Source: Octopus bimaculoides (Eukaryota). Taken from it: DNA of 32,188 nucleotides. Under the pieces are notes generated by a model. The model saw only the letters and a program-made list of their open reading frames with translations, did not search any database and was not told the DNA's origin. The stretch covers positions 49,216,475 through 49,248,662 of the forward strand of contig NC_068994.1 in NCBI RefSeq assembly GCF_001194135.2, written 5' to 3'. The position numbers and the translations under genes were made by a program. Below, in pieces: positions 23,520 through 32,188 of the stretch; within the stretch, counting starts at the first letter, position 1, and each line of letters starts with the position of its first letter.

Positions 23520-24689
23520 TAAGAGGGTGAGGACGAAGACGCAGAAGTAGAAAAAGAGTTTTAGGTGAGAAGACAAATTCGGATCGATAAACATAAACTA
23601 TTAATTTATATTCACTGATCGATAAAATTAGATTGAGAAAGCGAAAGAAAAAAAAAGACAAAAACTAATATCTGAATAATAAATAGATACACATATAGCA
23701 GTAAGTCGAATTTAGCAGCATATATAAGCACACACACACACACACACACAGACCCACACAACACACGCACGCACTAACACACAAACACACAGGCACTTAC
23801 ACAAGTATGCATGAATACATACACACATACGTTTATATATACATATATATGTGTATTTGTGTTTTTATATATGTATGAATATATGTGTATATTTATAAAT
23901 ACTGCACATATATATATATATATATAAATATATTTTTATGCACACATATACACCAAAGTATGTTTGTTCTTTTACTTGCGCTGGTCGCAAACTCACTCAC
24001 TCACACACACACACATACACACGCCACACACACATATACACGTAAGTATACTTACACGTGTGTTCGTGTGTGCGTGTGGTGTGTGCATGTCTCTCTCTTT
24101 CTAAATCCATACATTTGTGTATGTTTGTATGTAAGTATATATACATGTATACACACACACACACACACACACACATACACACACACACATACACACACAC
24201 ACACACATATATGTATGTATATATATATATATATGTGTGNNNNNNNNNNATATATATATGCATGTATATATTTATATATGTATGTATGTATGTGTGTATG
24301 TATAGAAACATACACATTTATGAATGCAATAATTTTTAATTACCATTTAGTTTAATGGTGTGCTTGTCGATCCTAGATGTAATTGGACTAAACTGTGAGT
24401 TATCCCCGCATTCGCGCACGCTAATACACAAGTACACACGCACACACACACACACACATACACACACACACACACACACGTACACATATGTGTGTGTCTG
24501 TTTGTTTACGTGTATAATGCATTAATGACATATATGTGTTTGTGAAACATCATATTCAAAGTGCAAGAAAAGAGGACTATTTATTCACTCCAGCGTACGT
24601 TCTGAGAAAGTATGAGTAGTGTGTAATTATATTTGAATCAGGTGCTTTACATTCGTTAGATATATGTAACCACATGTGAATCGCTGGGG

Positions 24690-24880
24690 ATTTTTTTTTC
24701 CACCGTCTTCTTTTTCTGTTGGACTTTCCTCTGTCTCCTGTTTCTGAAGAAGTGCTTTGCACGAAGCATAAAACCACCTTTCTTTCCTTCTCTGAGCGTC
24801 TGATAATACTTTACATGTACCACGTCCTCGCAGTGTTGTCTTTTGTGTTTGTTCTTCGTTTTTCGGGATTTACTATTTAT
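24690..24880 (+). mobile_element. Probable Penelope-like solo terminal-repeat remnant carrying a degenerate hammerhead
   Basis: Pyrimidine-rich leader, hammerhead motif, ...TTCTCTGAGCGTCTGATAATAC..., T-rich tail ending in (TA)n; same layout as 5944-6165. Boundaries approximate. Confidence 0.5.
24740..24774 (+). ncRNA. Degenerate minimal type I hammerhead ribozyme motif
   Basis: GTTT-CTGAAGA-A-GTGC(TTT)GCAC-GAAG-CA-TA-AAAC: perfect CUGANGA, paired stems I and II; GAAACGTA appears decayed to GAAGCATA. Confidence 0.55.
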
Positions 24881-25319
24881 ATATATATCATATAGCATTT
24901 ATGTACGCATATGCATATATCCATACTTGTATGTATTTATATATGAATATATATATATGAGAAAAAGAAACAAGAAGTTACGTGGCAAATTTCATTAGCT
25001 TACAGCTGTTTGTGCTATAAGAAGCTCTGTACTCCTAGTTGAATGCTTGTTTAGCTCCGGTAAAGCAATAAGGTGATACACAAGCGATAAACTACGCGTG
25101 TATTGCATACTGTAGCAGAAACAACTGTCAGCTAATGAAGTTCATTCGATAATTTCTTCTTCGCCTGTCATTTATTTAACTTCTTTTAACGCTCTGTATT
25201 CAACTAACACTAGGTTATTAATAAAACCTATGTATATTGGGCACCCCTAAGAGCACCAAAATTTGCTAGGTGGTGATGTTAAACCGGGAGATGCATGACA
25301 TCTACCAATGAATTAGGCC

Positions 25320-25396
25320 ATGATGGGATTTGAACTCATGAAACATATGCATCACCGCATCCAAAACGAACGCCCTTACAGCACCGCCAGTCCTCC
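25320..25396 (-). mobile_element. Degenerate tRNA-like SINE head, family uncertain
   Basis: Minus strand GGAGGACTGGCGGTGCTGTAAGGGCGTTCG...GAGTTCAAATCCC with A/B-box-like spacing. Confidence 0.35.
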
Positions 25397-25409
25397 GTCT
25401 TGGATTGTT

Positions 25410-25549
25410 ATTTTATTTCCCGACCGGGAAGGGACGAAACACAAAGTTACCCTCGACGGAATTTCAACTCAATCTCTCACAGTGCAGAGAATTGTGACTG
25501 ACACTGCTTAACGTTTTCTGGCGTTCTAAATACTTTGTCAATTCGCCAC
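25410..25549 (-). mobile_element. Degenerate SINE family A
   Basis: Minus strand TGGCGAATTGACAAAG...GAGTTGAAATTCCGTCGAGGGTAACTTTGTGTTTCGTCCCTTCCCGGTCGGGAAATAA. Confidence 0.55.
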
Positions 25550-25692
25550 ACGAATGTATTTAGATACATACGAACAAAGACCACGTATAATATCGCACTC
25601 ACGCTCACACATGAATATATTCATTCACTCATGCATGCATACACACGCACACGCACATACAGACACACACGCACACACACACACACCCACAC

Positions 25693-25693
<1 letters not shown>

Positions 25694-25723
<30 letters not shown>

Positions 25724-25758
25724 CATACATACATACATACATACATACATACATACAT
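25694..25758 (+). repeat. (TACA)n microsatellite
   Basis: Perfect tetranucleotide run. Confidence 0.95.
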
Positions 25759-26004
25759 TAAAGTACATTTATACATGCATGGATTTCAGTGTGGTTTCGC
25801 ATCTTCAGTACTAAATACATAAATTTGACAGAAATTTCGTCAAACCCAATATATTTAACAGTGACTAGACAGTCAGCGATGTCGCAAAAGGCTGATAAGC
25901 TGTGTATAAATAAGAGACGGTTACAGTCTTTGTATCGAATATTAAGTTGAGCATCAAACTTCACTTTGTTGTACTGACTTAACGCCATAAACAACAGTAT
26001 AATA

Positions 26005-26050
<46 letters not shown>

Positions 26051-26084
26051 TTTTCTGTGCGTGTGTGTGCATACATACATACAT

Positions 26085-26180
<96 letters not shown>

Positions 26181-26370
26181 TTACGTAGCCGTCTCAGTTA
26201 CTTTGTCATGATCTTCGGATGCGAAGAGTGCCATCATCATCATCATCATCATTATATATGTATGTACATACGTTTTATGAATAATATACGTTATGCATTT
26301 ATATATGTATACGCACACACAAGCGCGCTCGCATGGATTCTATTGTCCTTGTTTCTTCGCCTTTCTCTCT

Positions 26371-26520
26371 AGATAGAGAGATAGATAGATAAATAGATAG
26401 ATATATAGATAAATGGATAAATAGATAGATAGATAGATAGATAGATAGACAGACAGACTGACAGATAGATAGATAGTTAGCTAGATAGCTAGCTAGCGAG
26501 GTAGATAGATAGATAGATAA
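26371..26520 (+). repeat. (GATA)n/(GACA)n microsatellite
   Basis: Imperfect tetranucleotide tract. Confidence 0.9.
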
Positions 26521-27174
26521 ATAAATAATAGTATTCAAATTCCAAAGGTGTTTAATTGAAGGTAAAAACTTTACAAGCTGTGAAGTTATAGAACATCAAT
26601 AAAACGTATGTATAAACACACAAACACACACTCACGTATGTATATATGTGTACTTAAGAGGAAACCTATATACGTACGTATACACACATATATATATAAG
26701 TACATTTCTATTTCTTTAATTTATTGTTACATTCACTTACGTATATATACATACACATGTATGTTATGTATGTGCATATATATACAGACATATATATATA
26801 CCCATACACATATACACACACATGCGCACACATACACACACATACATAGTTATATAGATATATATACGTAATGTATGTATATGTATATATACACGCCATT
26901 AAATAAAGACACTTTGGTGTGTTCCTGGCACTAAAATTTTATGATCATGTGACATAAATTTATGTTTATTGTTCACGTGGCATCAATCTATATTTACTTC
27001 AATAGCACTAAAGAGGCCATTACATTGCGTATAGCAAAACGAATACGCATCGCAAGGGCAGATGTTAGAATGAAACGTAGGTCATACATAAAAATTGTAC
27101 TTCAACGTCTGTATATTTAAATGTATATATCATGCATATACATCTATCTCCATCTCATATATATATATATGTGT

Positions 27175-27232
<58 letters not shown>

Positions 27233-27260
27233 GTGTGTGTGTATGTGTGTGTGTGTATAT

Positions 27261-27499
27261 AGGCGCAGGAGTAGCTGTGTGGTAAGTAACTTGCTTATCA
27301 ACCACATGGTTCCGGGTTCAGTCCCGCTGCGTGGTACTTTGGGCAAGTGTCTTCTGTTATAGCTTCGGGCTGACAAAAGCCATGTAAGTGGATTTGGTAG
27401 ACGGAAACTGAAAGAAGCCCGTCGTATATATGTATATATATATATATGTGTGTGTTTGTGTGTCTGTGTTTGTCCCCCACCCACCCAATATCGCTTGAC
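27261..27499 (+). mobile_element. tRNA-derived SINE, family B (CORE-like), 3'-truncated
   Basis: GGCGCAGGAGTAGCTGTGTGGTAAG head, GGTTCAGTCCC B box, CORE-like ACTTTGGGCAAGTGTCTTC, internal (TA)/(TG) tract, ends at ATCGCTTGAC. Confidence 0.9.
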
Positions 27500-27793
27500 G
27501 TGTTTGTGTGTGTGTGAGTTTGTGGTATGTGTATATATATACACACGTATGTCTATATATATATGTTTTGAGCAATTTATAGAAAACAATGAAACTTATG
27601 ATCAGATCGTATAGATTTAATAGAGCCAAACTTATTAAAGTGCTGTGTTCAATGGGAAGTTTCGCCTTATCATCTCGATCAACCAGGCAACTAGCAGATC
27701 AAGACGATAAAGCAAAACTTGCAGTCCCAGTGAACATAACACACAAACACACACACACACACAGACACACACACACACACAGACAGACAGACA

Positions 27794-27828
<35 letters not shown>

Positions 27829-29645
27829 CCCCCACACATACACACGTACACACACATGCATACGCACACATACACATACACACACATATATATATACATA
27901 TATATATGAATATATTTATGTATATACATATCTACAGTATATACACGCACACATATATACGTATATGAAAGCACATACTCGCACTCATACACACACACAC
28001 ACACATACGCACACACACACATAGACACACACACAGACACACACACACACACATACATACATACATACATACACACACAGTTCGTTTTAACTCGGCAAGT
28101 TGTTCGCAAACGTACCGAAAAACGATTAGTCAAATATACTTAGTCCTATAACATTTGATGATTGCCGAAAGATATGGCTGAAAATACATCACGCATTCAT
28201 CTGTTCATGGCCTTGCAGCGAAAATGTTTTATTTCTCATATATCCACATGCGAAAACACGTAATGTCTTTCATTTCTTTCGCACCGTGTGACTAAAACAC
28301 ACAAAATACACGTAAGCGGTCTTACGCATGAGTTTTACTGCTGACGAATAAACGGTTATTTCTTTCATTCTATTAAATAAAAAATGTATATTTTGTATGG
28401 TGAATACTCTGTGTTTTCACCCGCTGATCGTTTGCGCTTACTTAGTGGATAGCTTTGGAATTATAGCGTTTTGCCTAAAATTGCAAAATATTGTTCGAGA
28501 AACAAAGATTTCAGCCTCCAAAAATTCATTTAAAGAAGGGTGTGTTCTACAATTGACCAATCCAAATTTCTTAATTTAGTCATCACTTAAAATTCAGATC
28601 CATTTTGGTATTTTGGGCGTATGTCATTCTTTTGAGTGTCTTACACGGTGACCTACATAACATTTTGTTTCAGTCAGCTGTAAGGGAGATTTAAGCTACA
28701 TAAACTAATACTTTAGAAAGATACGTAGCATTTATAGATGCATACATTTAGGAGAATAGCTTTGTGGTATTTAGAAAGCTTCTTTCTATTCTGGCTATGA
28801 AAGCAACTATACTTTAGGTACCACTGTAGCTCCCATTAATGCTATTTTTATTAAAGATAGTATTATATTTATGGTCTGTAGGGAAATGCTTCTAAGGTTT
28901 AAAAATATCTTTGTAATGTTAGAACGAATAATTAAACTAAAGATGGAATTGTACCCTATAGTATTTCATTTTCCATTTTTGTTTATGAATATTTACTGTT
29001 TTCCTGTATGTAATGCCATACAGGAAGTGCTCTTTAAATGCTCGGTTAACCCACACTTTGCATACACACATGCAAGCATACATACATGTACACATACCTA
29101 CATGCTTCTATATGTATATATACATCATAATGCATGTATATGTTTACACATAAACATATACATACAAATACATACACAAACAGAAACGCACGCACACACA
29201 CACACGCACATTCACAGACACAGACACAGACACATACACATGCACACACACACACACATTTTCTAACTGAGAAGTTTAGCAGAGCATTTTAAAGAGTAAC
29301 ATTACATACAGAACAACAGTAAATTTTTGTAAACGCAAAAGTAGAAAATGAAATATTATACTGTACAGTGTTTTTTAAAATTTTATTTACATTAAATGCT
29401 CGTTCTAATGTTGCCAGTATTTTCCTATTTCTAATTAGTAATCATTTTCTTATAGACCATAGATAAAAGCTACCCTGTATCAATGCGTCGTACGTTCGAA
29501 AAGAATTTTTCCTCATCATCGTATCTAAGTGAATGAAGGCGGCGACATTTTTGTAGATTATTTTGAGAGAGACGTATCTTTACCTCAACTTTTAATTCGA
29601 ACCGTTTTGAACCAATTTTTGTCTATGTACGGTTGTCTATGTACA

Positions 29646-29707
29646 ATTCACGCTGAGGAGAAGCAGACATTCGGTAAGAATGTTGATTTCGAAACCGGTC
29701 CGTGGAT
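29646..29707 (+). ncRNA. Minimal type I hammerhead ribozyme with intact catalytic core
   Basis: Stem I ATTCACG (29646-52) / CGTGGAT (29701-07); core CTGAGGA (29653-59); stem II 29660-90 (G-C closing pair, GACATTC-GGTAA-GAATGTT); GAAA (29691-94); palindromic ACCGGT stem III; TC cleavage site after 29700. Confidence 0.75.
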
Positions 29708-29854
29708 AATAATGTTTTATTTTATTTCTGTAATTTTCACTGTCTTGCCCGCATACGTTTTGGTATTTTGCTGAATTTCGTTTGCTTCGGAATACCGGTT
29801 GCGGAGCACTGCCCTAGAATGTTGAATAGGTTATCTTGAAAACATTTGCGCTGA

Positions 29855-29910
29855 ATTTTTGAGTTCAAATCTAGAGTGGAATCAACTTTGTCTTTCATTC
29901 TTTAGAGACA
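29855..29910 (+). mobile_element. Highly decayed SINE family A fragment
   Basis: GAGTTCAAATCT...ATCAACTTTGTCTTTCATTCTTT resembles the B box plus body of family A. Confidence 0.35.
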
Positions 29911-30449
29911 GATCTTTTTAACGACTAATTCAGAGCGTTTTATTGATGGGATAGTTCAAGCAATATTGATTTACAGAAATTTTATATGGATTTTTAATCA
30001 GTGAATGGCGATGAGGATTCACCTGAGTAAAATAGGGATCAAAAGTTGTTGTTGGTGGTGGTGTGAGGGTGGGGGATTAAGGGTAAGAAATGGTTGAGAA
30101 TCACTGGTCTATACAACTGTCGTCAGTAACTAAAAGACATAGCGTCAACCAACTCAGTGCATACGGAATACAAACACCACATAACAAAATACCACGTCTC
30201 ATATTGTACATACTCTGCACGAGAGATAAAGCAATAAAACAAGAACAACAGCAGCAACAACAACAACAACAACAACAGCAACAACAACAAACGAGATTTC
30301 ACGACGATGGAAACTGATATTGAATGCTGCAAGAACAATTCAACCTCTCTATGATACAATGCTTGCCCACACATACACACACATCAGGAAGTCGGAAATG
30401 CACCAAATGAAATAAAAACACTTTGAAAACACGATGATGACGAAGGTGA

Positions 30450-30482
30450 CGACGAGAAAGATGATGATGATGGTGGTGGTGG

Positions 30483-30517
<35 letters not shown>

Positions 30518-30700
30518 GTGATGATGATGGTCATGATGATGACGATGACTTCGCTCATGGTGATGCTGACGATGATAATAATAATAGTATAATTAATAAT
30601 AATAATAATGATGACGACGACGACGACGACGACCATGATGACGATAATGATAAAGAGATGCCGCCGCTGCTGCTGAGACGACGACGATGACGATGACGAT

Positions 30701-30772
<72 letters not shown>

Positions 30773-30827
30773 AAGATGGAAGTGATGATGATGATGATGA
30801 TGACGATGATGCTGTTGATGATGATAT

Positions 30828-30859
<32 letters not shown>

Positions 30860-30860
30860 T
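30450..30860 (+). repeat. Mosaic trinucleotide tract (GAT/GAC/GGT/AAT/GAA)
   Basis: Successive blocks of related trinucleotides. Confidence 0.9.
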
Positions 30861-31169
30861 CGATCTTGTACTGGATTTTCATGCTTAAAACGATGTCGAT
30901 TCCGGTGGTATTATTTCAGAAGAGGTGGATTGTGATGATTAAAAAGAGAAAGTCGTTGAAAATATCAGTGACTGCGAGGATGAGGGAGACAATGATGACG
31001 ACTACAATGACGACGACAATGAATGATGTTAATGATGATGATGATGATGACGATGACGACGACGACTGGGTTCATGGTGATGATGTTTTTCTTGTTGTTG
31101 ATGATGATGATGATGATGATGATGACAGTGAATACGTTGACAATCATGGTATGATAATTAGTGATGACA

Positions 31170-31209
<40 letters not shown>

Positions 31210-31253
31210 CAGTGAATACGTTGACAATCATAGTTTGATAATTAGTGATGACA

Positions 31254-31284
<31 letters not shown>

Positions 31285-31328
31285 CAGTGAATACATTGAC
31301 AATCATGGTATAATAATTAGTGATGACA

Positions 31329-31368
<40 letters not shown>

Positions 31369-31412
31369 CAGTGAATACGTTGACAATCATAGTTTGATAA
31401 TTAGTGATGACA

Positions 31413-31447
<35 letters not shown>

Positions 31448-31503
31448 AGTGAATACATTGACAATCATGGTATGATAATTAGTGATGACAATGTTGCTGC
31501 TGA

Positions 31504-31535
<32 letters not shown>

Positions 31536-31558
31536 ATGGTGATGATGCTGTTGACTGA
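30776..31558 (+). CDS. Low-complexity Met/Asp-rich ORF, 260 aa; coding status doubtful
   Basis: Open frame runs through the GAT tracts and five DSEY(V/I)DNH(G/S)(M/L/I)IISDDN units; openness is largely expected from GAT repeats. Confidence 0.12.
31124..31492 (+). repeat. Compound minisatellite: 48-bp unit alternating with variable (GAT)n, 5 copies
   Basis: Units start at 31124, 31208, 31283, 31367, 31445 (periods 84, 75, 84, 78). Confidence 0.95.
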
Positions 31559-31700
31559 TAATGAAAAAGAAGATTTCTTTAAACACATTCACAAAATGAA
31601 ACTGTATTTTTAGAAAGTCACGTTTCCTCTTAGTTTTATACTTTTACAGTGAANNNNNNNNNNNNNNNNNNNNNNNNNNNNNNNNNNNNNNNNNNNNNNN

Positions 31701-31934
31701 GGCACATAAAAGACACCATTTCGAGCGTGGCCGTTTTCGTGCGGGTGACACGTAAAAGCACCCACTACACTCTCTGAGTGGTTGGCGTTAGGAAGGGCAT
31801 CCAGCTGTAGAAACTCTGCCAAATCAGACTGGAGCCTGGTGTTGCCATCCGGTTTCACCAGTCCTCAGTCAAATCGTCCAACCCATGCTAGCATGGAAAG
31901 CGGACGTTAAACGATGATGATGATGATGATGATG

Positions 31935-31935
<1 letters not shown>
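31701..31935 (+). mobile_element. 3' end of an RTE-type LINE or RTE-dependent SINE with (GAT)n tail
   Basis: Two GGCAC(A/G)TAAAAG(A)CACC-like repeats, TTGGCGTTAGGAAGGGCATCCAGCTGTAG segment, terminal hairpin around CCATGCTAGCATGG, then ACGTTAAAC(GAT)n; 5' part lost in gap. RTE assignment rests on recalled similarity. Confidence 0.65.
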
Positions 31936-31965
<30 letters not shown>

Positions 31966-32136
31966 AATATATACATACATACATGTATATAGAAATATAT
32001 ATATACATACACATACATGTATATGCATATATGTGCATATGCACATATATGCATATATATAAGTTGTATATAAGCATATGTTTATATGTGTATATGTATA
32101 CATATGTATATATATGTATAGTATATGTATATATAA

Positions 32137-32188
<52 letters not shown>

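Noticed and set aside
513-23661. Long ORFs containing X runs (for example 513-1136, 7953-8777, 10398-11345, 18257-19078, 22729-23661)
   Set aside because: They are open only because N gaps contain no stop codons.
4765-27499. tRNA genes at the A/B-box motifs
   Set aside because: No complete cloverleaf; each motif continues into a repeated SINE body or is truncated.
28150-28195. TTGATGA...TGCC...GGC-TGAAA hammerhead-like string
   Set aside because: No stem I pairing and an imperfect core.
29490-29522. Fourth hammerhead-like trace on the minus strand (ATGATGAG-GAAAA-ATTC-TTTTC-GAACGTA)
   Set aside because: First core base wrong, one A of GAAA missing and no convincing stem I; too degenerate to call.
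31124-31492. CRISPR-like look (constant unit plus variable spacer)
   Set aside because: Spacers are just (GAT)n, the units are not palindromic, there are no cas genes and the context is eukaryotic.
88-32103. Many YIYI, CVCV, THTH, ERER, SLSL, poly-N/I/L/R/Q ORFs
   Set aside because: Direct translations of di- and trinucleotide microsatellites with no domain content.
1-32188. Prokaryotic or viral multi-gene system (defence island, operon, phage module)
   Set aside because: No long complex ORFs or operon structure; the content is animal repeat sequence.

Overview
Eukaryotic, repeat-saturated, gap-rich genomic window with 11 N-runs and very dense (TA)n/(CA)n/(GA)n/(AAT)n/(GAT)n/(GAA)n microsatellites. 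Composition and SINE types point to an octopus genome (inference). No host protein-coding gene could be recognised, and nearly all ORFs in the supplied track are microsatellite or N artefacts. Supported content: many copies of three tRNA-derived SINE families (labelled A, B, C here), one of them an A/B chimera; a decayed Tc1-type (DD34E) transposase on the minus strand interrupted by a canonical 116-nt GT-AG intron; a decayed R4/Dong-like non-LTR reverse transcriptase fragment next to a (TAA)n tract; an RTE-type retroposon 3' end; a ~200-bp local duplication; and an in-frame Asp-coding higher-order minisatellite. The most interesting signal is three minimal type I hammerhead-ribozyme motifs of the kind carried by Penelope-like elements. 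One has an intact catalytic core (29646-29707) and two are degenerate (24740-24774, 6038-6073). All calls were made by eye; none were checked against databases.
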